In this document: one piece after another, positions 37,486 to 47,005 of the stretch | How the letters are laid out: each line of letters opens with the position of its first letter | How positions within the stretch are numbered: the stretch's first letter is position 1 | Assembly (NCBI GenBank): GCA_023666275.1 | Contig: JAMPCJ010000006.1 | Span: forward strand, 17,976 to 81,975 | Origin: Treponema brennaborense | GTDB taxonomy: Bacteria; Spirochaetota; Spirochaetia; Treponematales; Treponemataceae | Direction: 5' to 3' | DNA: 64,000 bases | The notes under the pieces: generated by a model | What the model was told of the DNA's origin: nothing | Database searches by the model: none | Seen by the model: the letters and a program-made list of their open reading frames with translations, nothing else | Translations under genes and position numbers: made by a program

Positions 37486-38130
37486 TTAAAAGTGTATCGT
37501 AACACAGACCGAAGGCGTTACCGCCAGCGATCCGGCTTTTACAAGTTTGTTTTCCGTATCTTCGTAGTCGTCGTTGCGAACGCCGTCGTCCAAATCCCTG
37601 TCAACCGAATGGCATCCCACAAGCGCAACCGTTCCGAGAACATTGAATCCTATGCCGACGCGCTTCGAAAGCTGCACTGCAAGACCGACGTCTATGCCCG
37701 CCAAAAGATTCAAACCAGAAACCGCAGAATCAACGCTGTTTGCGGAAAGCTGATAGCGGTAATAGTCAAACCCGATTCCGCCTGTCAGCGCGAGCGTAAG
37801 CGTTTCTGTGCGCAGTGGCGCGTATCCGACCCCGCCGAATAAATTCACCAAGCCGCCCGTTTCGTTTTCTTTGGTCAAGTCGTCGCTGAAAATCGCCGCG
37901 CCCGTGAAATTTCCCAGAAACGAAAGGCCGTTGTCTTTGTTCACGGCAAGAAAATCAACATTGCCGCCGACTCCCGCATAGTTCATCGCGTCGCCGTCGG
38001 TCTTTTGGTGCGCAATCGGCGCGCTCACGCCGGCGAAAAGAATTTTGTTCCAGCTGCTTTCGGCAAAGGCAGCGGCGGAAAGCGCGGCGCAGAAAATCGC
38101 AAGCGCGATGATTTTTTTGTTCGTTTTCAT
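37486..38130 (-). CDS. outer-membrane beta-barrel protein (OmpA/porin-like)
   Basis: Signal peptide and alternating beta-strand pattern with a C-terminal aromatic residue. AGAGG RBS. Confidence 0.5.
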   Translation of the reverse strand: MKTNKKIIALAIFCAALSAAAFAESSWNKILFAGVSAPIAHQKTDGDAMNYAGVGGNVDFLAVNKDNGLSFLGNFTGAAIFSDDLTKENETGGLVNLFGGVGYAPLRTETLTLALTGGIGFDYYRYQLSANSVDSAVSGLNLLAGIDVGLAVQLSKRVGIGFNVLGTVALVGCHSVDRDLDDGVRNDDYEDTENKLVKAGSLAVTPSVCVTIHF

Positions 38131-38264
38131 AAAAACCTCTTTTGATGTAGAATGATTCGCAGGACAGCACAATTGCCCCGCGCTTTCATTCAAGCATAAT
38201 AAGCGGCTGTTTGTCAATAAAATTTTAATGAAAAACGATAAATTTTTAATAAAAATCGAAGCAA

Positions 38265-39815
38265 TTATGAATTTTCAACGCTCCCGTACAAACGGATTTT
38301 TTCTTCTTTGCCGCGAATGTCCGACTCGCACAAAAACTGCGGGCACGGAACGTTTTCATTGTCCGAAAAATCCCGTTCGCCCTCAATCTCGGTTACCGTG
38401 CTTTCGGAAATCAAAAGGTCGCGCTTGTATTCCTTGCAAAGCCCTTCGATTCTGCTCGCGATGTTCACGCTGTCGCCGATGACCGTATATTCCATGCGCG
38501 CGGGGGAGCCGATGTTTCCCGCGAGCACTGCGCCCGTGTGAATCCCGATTCCGAAACGGATTTGCGGAAAGCCGATTTTTTCAAAGCCCGCATTCACCCG
38601 AACGAGTGCGCGCCGCATTTCCAGCGCAGAAAGATACGCGTCCCTCGCGTGCGTTGCGGTTTTCACGGGCGCGCCGAAAATCGCCATGATTGCGTCGCCG
38701 ATGTACTTGTTGATGATGCCGTTGTGCCGGATTATGCATTCGCTCATCGCGGAAAAATATTCGTTCAAAAGCCGCACGACTTTTTCGCATTCCATTTTTT
38801 CCGAAAGACTCGTAAAGCCGCGGATGTCGCAGAACAAAATCGTAACGCGCATGTTTTCTCCGCCGAGCGAGATTCCTTCCATTCCGCCGCCGAGCAGATG
38901 GTCGCGCACGTCGGGAGTGACGATTTTTCCGAACACGTCTTTCATGAATTCCTTTTCCGAAAGCGAGCGCGACATCTCGTTGAAGCTGTCGCCGAGCATG
39001 CCGATTTCGTCGCCGGAAGAAACATCGACTCGGCTTTTCAAGTCGCCTTCGGAAATCTTCCGCGCGGCGGCGGCAAGCTGCTTCAAGGGCTTTCGCAGGA
39101 TGTCTGTCAAAAGCAGCGTGATGAAAAATCCCGCAGGCAGAAAAATCGACATCACCGCGATCAAGTTGAAGCTTATTTCGATTCCGAGATTTTTTTCTTT
39201 CGTGACGAGCGCGAACAAAAGCACGACTACAGGGAACACTCCGACGCCGACATAGTACATCAGAAAAGTCAGCCGAAGCGAAGGGCGGATCAAACCTTTT
39301 GTCGCGGAAATGTTTCCGTCCGGAAAATACAGCTTCAGGATTTTCGTGCGGTTCGCCGTCTCCAAAATCAGAAACGTCACGACGAACGCGAGCGACGCCG
39401 CGAGCAGCGTGAACATCGCGGAATTTTTGAGCACGCCGAAGATTTTTTCGCCCGAAGAAAAATAAATGCAGGCGACAAAAAGCGACTGAAAAGCGAGCAT
39501 CAAAATCCAGCCGACTATTCCGAGCGAGGCAAGCGCGATCGGAGAATTGGCCGCGTTTATTTTTGCGCGCCCGCTTCCCCTGAAAATCGGGGCTATGAAA
39601 ACCGCCGCAAGAAAAATCGCGACCAGGAACGAAAGCACGGTCGGAACATTGGTGAGAATTTCATGTCTCTCCAAAAAAGCAAGCCAAATCTCGTATTCGT
39701 TGCTTTTCGGCAGGGGAAAATCTATCATAAGCGTAACGCTCAGCACCAGAAAGTTGGCGGCAATCGGCACGAGCAGATAAAAAGCGCCGATGAAGAGATT
39801 CTGCTTTTTTGTCAT
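38265..39815 (-). CDS. membrane-bound class III adenylate/guanylate cyclase with HAMP domain
   Basis: N-terminal multi-TM region, HAMP, and cyclase catalytic motifs (FCDIRGFTSLSE, KYIGDAIMAIFGAP, GIHTGAVLAGNIGS). Confidence 0.8.
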   Translation of the reverse strand: MTKKQNLFIGAFYLLVPIAANFLVLSVTLMIDFPLPKSNEYEIWLAFLERHEILTNVPTVLSFLVAIFLAAVFIAPIFRGSGRAKINAANSPIALASLGIVGWILMLAFQSLFVACIYFSSGEKIFGVLKNSAMFTLLAASLAFVVTFLILETANRTKILKLYFPDGNISATKGLIRPSLRLTFLMYYVGVGVFPVVVLLFALVTKEKNLGIEISFNLIAVMSIFLPAGFFITLLLTDILRKPLKQLAAAARKISEGDLKSRVDVSSGDEIGMLGDSFNEMSRSLSEKEFMKDVFGKIVTPDVRDHLLGGGMEGISLGGENMRVTILFCDIRGFTSLSEKMECEKVVRLLNEYFSAMSECIIRHNGIINKYIGDAIMAIFGAPVKTATHARDAYLSALEMRRALVRVNAGFEKIGFPQIRFGIGIHTGAVLAGNIGSPARMEYTVIGDSVNIASRIEGLCKEYKRDLLISESTVTEIEGERDFSDNENVPCPQFLCESDIRGKEEKIRLYGSVENS

Positions 39816-40020
39816 AGAAAGATTTTAGCACAAAGGTGAATTTTATGCAAGTTTTGTCTGCCGCGGACCAAAAATCGCAGTGCAAATTCCGCGCCGCCGC
39901 CGAATTGTGAGAATGACAGAAGAGATTTCTTGAAACAAATCCGTGCTTTGCGGTACAATATCGTATCTGTTTTGCTTGAAAAATTCGAAATATTCAAGTA
40001 AACGCACGAGGTTCGGTGAT

Positions 40021-40428
40021 ATGAAAAAATTGACGAAATTCATGTTTGTTTTCTGTGCGATGGCGGCATTTTTTGCAGCAAGCTGCGCGAGCGGTTCGCA
40101 CATTGTTACGGGAACGCAGCGGGAAGCAATCGGCGTTGAAGAAGTCAAAATTTTTACGGAATTTCCCGAAACGTATGAAGTTATCGGAATTGTATCGGCT
40201 TCGAGCGATGCCGGCTGGACGGAACAAGGAAGTTTGAATTATGCAATCAAAGAACTGAAAAATCAGGCCGCAAAAATCGGCGCGAACGGCATCGTTATTG
40301 AAAGCACGGGGCAAACAAGTGCTGGTGCAGTTTTGGTCGGAAACATGTTTGTTCCTGTGTCCGCGCAAACTGTTTCGGCAAAAGCAATTTATATTGAGCA
40401 TAAAAATTCAAGTGAGGAAGAAAAATGA
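40021..40428 (+). CDS. small lipoprotein, hypothetical
   Basis: Lipobox FFAASC. Its stop overlaps the HK3 start. Confidence 0.5.
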   Translation: MKKLTKFMFVFCAMAAFFAASCASGSHIVTGTQREAIGVEEVKIFTEFPETYEVIGIVSASSDAGWTEQGSLNYAIKELKNQAAKIGANGIVIESTGQTSAGAVLVGNMFVPVSAQTVSAKAIYIEHKNSSEEEK

Positions 40429-43415
40429 AAAAGTTGCCGTCGGTTTTTCGTCTTTGCTGTTTTACTGCGGTGATGTGTGTGTGCTGCGTGCCGCAGCAGG
40501 CTTTTGCGCAAGAGCAAATTCAAACCGCCGCCGCTGCGGTGCGCGTGGGCTACTACGATTCGGGCGAGCCGGACTTTCAGAGCGGCTTTTCCGACGATGT
40601 GCGGAAATCGGGGTACGCCTACGACTATTACCAAATGCTCGCGCGCTTTGCCGGCTGGAAATACGAATATGTTTACGGAAGCAGAGAAGAAATCCGCGAA
40701 AAACTCGCCGCGGGCGAAATCGACATAATGGCGGGCGCGTATAAAACGAACGGCCTCTTTGCGGACAAAGTCGATTTTTCGGCAATGGACATGGGCTTGA
40801 ACGACGGCAGATATTTTGCCGTAAGCAAGGCAAATGCCGGACTGCTCGGCGAATTGAATTATGCGATGGCGCAAATCGCCGAAGTTTTTCCGACGTTCAC
40901 GTTCAAGCTGTATCAAAAGCATTTCAATAAGTCGTCTTTTTCGGGTTTGACCGAGCGCGAGGAACAGTGGCTGCTGCAAAAAAACACGCTGACATTCGGA
41001 TATACGCGCCATCATTTGCCGTTTTCGGGACAGGACGACGAGGGAAATCCCGCAGGACTTGCGGGCGAGCTTATACGGCAGCTCGAAGAATTTGCGGACA
41101 TAAAAGTTGTTCCGGTGTGCTTCGATTATGTGTGGGATATGGAAAACGCGCTGAAAGACCATACTATCGATATTGGCTTTCCGATGTATTCTGACAGCTG
41201 GATTGCCGAGCGCAAAGGCTTGATTCAGACGGAAACCGTCGTTACCGACAGAATGATGATGGTTTACCGCGGCGAATACACAAGAGACACCACTTCAAGC
41301 CTTGCTATGCCCAAAATGTCGCTCGGACTGCGCGACTATCTTCCGACCAATTATCCGAATTCGGCTGTAACGGAATATGATAATTTTAAGGATACGTTCG
41401 ATGCTGTGTATTACGGCAAGGTCGGCGCTTTTATCGCTTATTCAAGCATAATCCAGCGTCAGCTGACCGGCTATGACAAAGCCAATGAGCTTAAGGTGAG
41501 CTATCTCGACAAAACCGAAGAGCTTTGCATGCTGGTTTGTCAGCATAATGCCGTTTTGGCAGTGATACTCGACAAGATGATAAATCAAATCAACCGTGAA
41601 GTGATAATGGCCGCGCTTTTGCGCCATGCGAGCATGAAAAAGGACGATCCGACGCTTTTGGATTTTTTCAAGCGCTACGCGCATCTTTTTGTAATTGTGC
41701 TTGTCGTTTTCGTTTCGTGTATTGCAGCGGCGTTCGCAATGTACATCAGAAAGTCGCGCGCGTACGCACGGGAACAGGAAGAAATGCAGTCTTCGCTGAA
41801 AAAGGCGCTCGAAATGGCGGACGCGGCGAACAAGGCGAAGACGCAGTTTCTTTCGAGCATGAGCCACGACATCCGCACGCCGATGAACGCGATTGTCGGG
41901 ATGACGGACATCGCCAAAAAGCACACGGACGACAAAGAAAAGCTCGAAGACTGCCTCGACAAAATTACGCTTTCGAGCCACCACCTTTTGACGCTCATCA
42001 ACGACGTGCTCGACATTTCCAAAATCGAAAGCGGCCGCCTCACGCTCAATCCGATCAATTTTTCGCTGCGCAGCACTACGGACAATCTCGTGAATATCGT
42101 GCGCCCGATGATAAAATCCAAGCGGCAGGAATTCGAAGTGCGCATCCACAATGTGAACTGCGAAACGCTGTACGGCGACGAACTTCGCGTGAGCCAGATT
42201 TTCATAAACATTCTTTCCAATGCCGTAAAGTACACGCCCGACGGCGGAAAAATCATTCTCGACCTGCACGAAGAATTCGTCGACGAGCAGACCGTGCGCC
42301 TTACATATATCGTCAAGGACAACGGCATCGGCATGAGCCGCGAATATATGGAAAAAATGTACGACACTTTCACCCGCGCAAACGACAGCCGCATCAACAA
42401 AGTGCAGGGCACGGGGCTCGGACTTGCGATAGTGCGCCAAATGGTCATGCTGATGGACGGCACAATCGAATGCGAAAGCGAAGTGGACAAAGGCACGACG
42501 TTCACGGTAAAACTCGAACTTCCCGTCGGCGAGGAGAAGCGCAAAGTTTACACGCTTCCGCCGATTGACATTCTCTTCGTGGACGACGACGAAGTTTTCC
42601 TCACGATTACCGAGGACACCGTGGAAGAAATGGGCGCGAACGTGGAAACCGCCGCGACAGGCGAAAAAGCCCTCGAACTTGTGAAAAAACGGCACGAAGA
42701 GGGCAGGGATTACAGCATCGCGATAGTCGACTGGAGGCTTCCCGGAATGAGCGGCGCCGAAACCGTGCGCGCCATACGTGAAATTGCGGGCGAGGACACT
42801 TCGATAATTCTCGTGAGCGCCTACGACTGGTCGGACATCGAAGAAGACGCGAAGACAAGTGGCGCCGACGGATTTATTTCAAAGCCGCTTTTCAAATCGT
42901 ATTTGGCGGAAAAAATCGAACTTGTAATCAGCAAAGGCGAAGCAAAAACCGCAATGCCGGAAGACAAAAACGGCGATCTCAAGGGACTGCATGTGCTTGT
43001 CGCCGAAGACAACGACATCAACTGGGAAATCATCAGCGAGCTGCTTGAAATGCAGGGAATCACCGCCGATCACGCCGAAAACGGAAAAGAAGCGCTTTCC
43101 GCAATGGAAAACGCGGAAGACGGCAAGTACAGTCTTATCTTGATGGACGTGCAGATGCCTCTTATGAACGGCAGGGAAGCGACCGCGGAACTCCGAAAAT
43201 CGCCGCGCGGTTATGTGAAGAACATTCCGATAATCGCGATGACCGCCGACGCCTTCGCCGAAGACATTGCCGCCTGTCTTGCTGCGGGCATGGACGGCCA
43301 CGTGCCGAAGCCCGTGGATATGGACAAATTGTTCCAGGAAATGCGCCGTGTTCTTACCCCCCCCCGTCGGCCTCGGCGGACGAATAAGGGCGCGGCAGAA
43401 ATGGAGCGACCTTAA
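40425..43415 (+). CDS. hybrid sensor histidine kinase/response regulator with two periplasmic solute-binding (SBP_bac_3-like) domains
   Basis: Signal peptide, two PBP-like domains, TM, HisKA (FLSSMSHDIRTPMNAIVGM), HATPase and REC x2. GC-rich. A C9 tract lies at 43357..43365. Confidence 0.85.
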   Translation: MKKLPSVFRLCCFTAVMCVCCVPQQAFAQEQIQTAAAAVRVGYYDSGEPDFQSGFSDDVRKSGYAYDYYQMLARFAGWKYEYVYGSREEIREKLAAGEIDIMAGAYKTNGLFADKVDFSAMDMGLNDGRYFAVSKANAGLLGELNYAMAQIAEVFPTFTFKLYQKHFNKSSFSGLTEREEQWLLQKNTLTFGYTRHHLPFSGQDDEGNPAGLAGELIRQLEEFADIKVVPVCFDYVWDMENALKDHTIDIGFPMYSDSWIAERKGLIQTETVVTDRMMMVYRGEYTRDTTSSLAMPKMSLGLRDYLPTNYPNSAVTEYDNFKDTFDAVYYGKVGAFIAYSSIIQRQLTGYDKANELKVSYLDKTEELCMLVCQHNAVLAVILDKMINQINREVIMAALLRHASMKKDDPTLLDFFKRYAHLFVIVLVVFVSCIAAAFAMYIRKSRAYAREQEEMQSSLKKALEMADAANKAKTQFLSSMSHDIRTPMNAIVGMTDIAKKHTDDKEKLEDCLDKITLSSHHLLTLINDVLDISKIESGRLTLNPINFSLRSTTDNLVNIVRPMIKSKRQEFEVRIHNVNCETLYGDELRVSQIFINILSNAVKYTPDGGKIILDLHEEFVDEQTVRLTYIVKDNGIGMSREYMEKMYDTFTRANDSRINKVQGTGLGLAIVRQMVMLMDGTIECESEVDKGTTFTVKLELPVGEEKRKVYTLPPIDILFVDDDEVFLTITEDTVEEMGANVETAATGEKALELVKKRHEEGRDYSIAIVDWRLPGMSGAETVRAIREIAGEDTSIILVSAYDWSDIEEDAKTSGADGFISKPLFKSYLAEKIELVISKGEAKTAMPEDKNGDLKGLHVLVAEDNDINWEIISELLEMQGITADHAENGKEALSAMENAEDGKYSLILMDVQMPLMNGREATAELRKSPRGYVKNIPIIAMTADAFAEDIAACLAAGMDGHVPKPVDMDKLFQEMRRVLTPPRRPRRTNKGAAEMERP

Positions 43416-43509
43416 AGCACCGGATGCCGCTGCCGCGGAAAAGCGCGAAGATTGACCGCGGCGGACGACGCGAGCCGTCAGAGATGTCCGCCTTTGTAAA
43501 TTGTGCTTT

Positions 43510-43715
43510 TTCGAATTTATTTGCGGAAAAACGTAAATGTATTACCGCAAATACGTATGCGTTTTTCCCGAAATATGTAAACGTTTTACCGCAAATACGT
43601 TTACGTTTTTGCGGAAATACATTCTGAAAATGCGGATTTTTGAAAAAATGTGCGTTCCCCCGCGCGGCGTGGCAGTCCGCAAAAATTCCGCGAACAATGC
43701 GGGCAGTCCGCAAAT
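43510..43715. repeat. repeat-rich intergenic region with multiple CCGCAAA / TTTGCGG half-sites
   Basis: taccgcaaatacgt x2, tttgcggaaa x2 and gcagtccgcaaa x2 direct repeats between the convergent HK3 and XRE genes. Confidence 0.5.
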
Positions 43716-44045
43716 TCACAAGATATTTTTATGCGTGAATCGCTCTTCCACTTCTTGAATTTTTTGCGTGAGTTCGGCAGAAAGCGTCTGTACGAAAAAA
43801 GCAATGTCGCTTTGCGCCGTATCTTCGCTCGGAAGCGCGAAAAAGGCTGATATCGGCACTCCAAAAAATGTTGCAAAGCGCGCAAGCGTTTCAGGCGAAA
43901 CCCATTTCTTGCAGTTTTCAATATCATTGATGAACGTAAACGCCATTTGCAGGCTGTTTGCGAGTTTCATCTGTGAAAGACCTCTTTGTTTTCGAAATTT
44001 CTTCAAATTTTCCGCCAAAGTTTGTCTTACTTCTTTTTCGTCCAT
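43716..44045 (-). CDS. XRE-family HTH regulator with a C-terminal extension
   Basis: HTH LKKFRKQRGLSQMKLANSL. Divergent from the GmrSD-like gene. Confidence 0.65.
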   Translation of the reverse strand: MDEKEVRQTLAENLKKFRKQRGLSQMKLANSLQMAFTFINDIENCKKWVSPETLARFATFFGVPISAFFALPSEDTAQSDIAFFVQTLSAELTQKIQEVEERFTHKNIL

Positions 44046-44199
44046 AGTGTAAGTTATTCCAATAGAGTATTATTTTATTACACTATTGGCTTGATGTTTT
44101 CGCAATAATCTAGTAGACTGTTGTTATTATTCGCTATTAGCGGATAAATCTATGTTTTTTATGCGAATAAATTTTTCCCGTTTTCAAAGGATTTATATA

Positions 44200-45936
44200 A
44201 TGGCAAAACTCAATATCGACCAAAAAAGCATTAAAGATTTATTTGAGGACAAAAAGTCCGATTTCCTTATTCCCGATTATCAAAGGCCGTATCGCTGGAG
44301 TGTGTACGAATGTGAAGAACTGTGGGAAGATATATTTGAATTCGCCTTTCCAAACAATAACGCAGACAATTTTAATACTGAAGAAGAATATTACTTAGGT
44401 TCAATCGTTACATTTCGAAATGATGCCGGCAAAAAGGAAATAATCGACGGTCAGCAGAGACTTTCGACTTTAATGCTTTTGCTGCGTGCTTTCTATGTCA
44501 AATTCGGAGAAGTGCAGGACGATAATTCCAAAAAAATGCGTGAAAATATCGAAAAGTGTATATGGAAAACTGATGAAGTCGGCAACCCTGATAAAAGCGC
44601 ATTGAAAATCAATTCGGAAGTCGCCGCGGATGACGATAAGGAAGAATTGTTAAAAATTCTCAAGACGGGCGACGCAAGCGATATGAAAAGCCGTTATGCC
44701 GAAAATTACAGATTTTTCCAAAGGAAAATAGATGATTTCTCGAACAACTATCCGTCATGTTTTTTATACCTGCCTGCAAGAATATTGAATAACTGCATTC
44801 TGCTTCCGATTGAAGCTGATGACCAAAATACAGCCTTGCGTATTTTTTCAACACTTAATGACAGAGGAATGCCTTTGTCGGATACAGATATTTTCAAGGC
44901 GCAGTTTTATAAATATTATTCAAGCAAAGGGCAAAAGAATGATTTTATTGAAAAATGGAAAAACTTAGAAAAACATTCCAATCTTGACTTCTTGTTTTAT
45001 CAATACATGTACTATGAACGGGCAAAAATGGGAATCACAGACTCCACAACCGAAGGTTTAAGAAAGTTTTATGAAAAGAACAAATATGAATTATTGCGAA
45101 AAGACGAAACATTGGAAAATCTTATTGACTTGGCGAATTTTTGGCATGATGTTGATGTTCAAGATAACGAAAGATTTTCAGAAGATGTATTAAAAAAGTT
45201 ATTTGTCCTTGAGTTCGCGCCTAATGCTATATGGATGTCCTTTGTGTCGGTATATTATTTGCATAACCGCAACGATAAAGGCGAAGTAAACAATGATTTA
45301 TTTAATGGTTTCCTGCAAAAAATGACAGCATTTATATGGGCGTACGCCGTCTATATGCCGGGCGTAATTGCTTTGAGAGCACCTATTTATACGGAAATGG
45401 TAAATATCGTCAATAATCGTCCTGTCGAATTTGCAGATAGAAAATTCGATTTAATTCAATTAAAAAGTATGTTTGAAAACTATGACTTCAATAACAACCG
45501 TCCCATAACAAAAGCAATGCTTGCTTGGTGGGCATATCAAGACGTTGAGCAGCCGCTATTGTCTATCGGAACGGCTTTTGACATAGAACATATATACGCA
45601 AAAAATCGTAATGATAAAGAGGGCGGTTTGAGCAATATCAAATATATGGACAAACTCGGAAACAAATCATTGCTTGAAAAGCGCATAAATATTCGTGCTT
45701 CGGATTACAGATTTGAAGACAAGAAAAAATATTACGAAGGTTTTACCACCCAAAAAGGCAAAGTTAAAGATTCTACCGCAATTGTATCTTTGAAAAAATT
45801 AGCACAGCAAAGCGATTTTGTTGAAGCTGACATTATCAGGCGGAATGATGAAATAATCGAAACATTTATGCAGTTTCTGACGGATAATAATTTAAATAAA
45901 ATTGAAAATAATCCGCGCAAAAGTGCCGCAAAGTGA
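44200..45936 (+). CDS. GmrSD-family type IV (modification-dependent) restriction endonuclease-like protein (DUF262 + DUF1524)
   Basis: N-terminal ParB/Srx-like DUF262 with the DGQQR motif (IIDGQQRLSTLMLL). C-terminal His-Me/HNH-like DUF1524 (AFDIEHIYAKNRN). AT-rich codon usage. Confidence 0.75.
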   Translation: MAKLNIDQKSIKDLFEDKKSDFLIPDYQRPYRWSVYECEELWEDIFEFAFPNNNADNFNTEEEYYLGSIVTFRNDAGKKEIIDGQQRLSTLMLLLRAFYVKFGEVQDDNSKKMRENIEKCIWKTDEVGNPDKSALKINSEVAADDDKEELLKILKTGDASDMKSRYAENYRFFQRKIDDFSNNYPSCFLYLPARILNNCILLPIEADDQNTALRIFSTLNDRGMPLSDTDIFKAQFYKYYSSKGQKNDFIEKWKNLEKHSNLDFLFYQYMYYERAKMGITDSTTEGLRKFYEKNKYELLRKDETLENLIDLANFWHDVDVQDNERFSEDVLKKLFVLEFAPNAIWMSFVSVYYLHNRNDKGEVNNDLFNGFLQKMTAFIWAYAVYMPGVIALRAPIYTEMVNIVNNRPVEFADRKFDLIQLKSMFENYDFNNNRPITKAMLAWWAYQDVEQPLLSIGTAFDIEHIYAKNRNDKEGGLSNIKYMDKLGNKSLLEKRINIRASDYRFEDKKKYYEGFTTQKGKVKDSTAIVSLKKLAQQSDFVEADIIRRNDEIIETFMQFLTDNNLNKIENNPRKSAAK

Positions 45937-46160
45937 TTCCGTTAAGGTAAGTAACGAACGCACACACACCGTTAATGCCGCTGACACTCGCGGGGTGAGA
46001 GCTTTAAACATCGCGGCGGTTATGCGATGCGCGAGCGTTCTCCCTGCGGCGATCTGCAAAGCGCGGCGCCCGCCGGTCGGGGAGGGTGCGGCGGCAGGGG
46101 ATTGGACTTTTTTGTCCTTTCGGACGGAGTGAGGAATTCACAGGCTATGGATTGCTTCGC

Positions 46161-46410
46161 CGCTTTCGCGTTATGTCGGGCTTTCCGGTTTTCGAAAAGC
46201 CTGCTTTTGCGTTATGACGGCGTTTCGGTTTTCGAAAAGTCTGCTTTCGTGTTATGACGGCGTTTTCGGCTTTTCAAAAAGCCTGCTTTTGCGTTATGGT
46301 GGGCTTTCCGGCTTTCGAAAAGCCTGTTTTCGTGTTATGACGGCGTTTTCGCATTTTCGAAAAGCCCGCTTTCGCGTTATGTCGGTGTTTTCGGCTATTC
46401 GAAAAGCTCG
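46161..46410. repeat. 41-42-bp tandem repeat x ~6 (ttcgaaaagcctgcttttgcgttatgacggcgttttcggtt)
   Basis: Near-identical head-to-tail units with no variable spacers. A G8 tract lies at 46421..46428. Confidence 0.85.
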
Positions 46411-46547
46411 CCGTGCGATTGGGGGGGGACGCTTTCCTTTTATGCAGCGGCGGACGACCGGATCGCTTCACATTCGTTCGCGATGACGAAGCTGGGTTGT
46501 GTGGAACGGATGGGCAATGCGGTAAAGCTGCGCCGAAAATATCCCCC

Positions 46548-46952
46548 TTATTTTGCCAAATCGGCAATCGTAACGCTGTCGAGGTAGGCGTTGACCTGTT
46601 TGTCAAGTCCGCGCCACAGCGGCAGCGTTCGGCAGTGCTCGGCATTTGCGCAGTCTTCGCTTCCGCTTGCAAGGCAGGCGACCGGCGCAAGGGCGGTTCC
46701 TTCCGTAACGCGCAGAATGTCGCCGGCTGTATACTCGGCGGGAGCTTTTGTTAAGCGGTATCCGCCGCCTTTTTTCGAAACTCCGTGCACCAAACCGCTT
46801 TTCGAAAGCAGCGCCATTATCAATTCCAAATATTTGTGTGAAATATTTTGGCGTGCGGCAATGTCTTTGAGCGGAATAAAGCTGCCGGATTTTTGTTCCG
46901 CCAAATCAATCATCACTCTGAGCGCATATCTGCCTTTTGTGGAAATTATCAT
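46548..46952 (-). CDS. Rrf2-family transcriptional regulator (CymR/IscR-like)
   Basis: N-terminal wHTH (GRYALRVMIDLA...IAARQNISHKYLELIM). It lies downstream of cysK in the same orientation. GGAGAA RBS. Confidence 0.75.
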   Translation of the reverse strand: MIISTKGRYALRVMIDLAEQKSGSFIPLKDIAARQNISHKYLELIMALLSKSGLVHGVSKKGGGYRLTKAPAEYTAGDILRVTEGTALAPVACLASGSEDCANAEHCRTLPLWRGLDKQVNAYLDSVTIADLAK

Positions 46953-47005
46953 CGTTTGATTCTCCGCAGAAAACGCCGCGCGGCAATTTTGCGCGGCGCA
47001 CTGTT

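Noticed and set aside
46161-46410. Possible CRISPR array
   Set aside because: Units are near-identical along their entire ~41 bp with no unique spacers between conserved repeats, so this is a tandem minisatellite. No cas genes are nearby.
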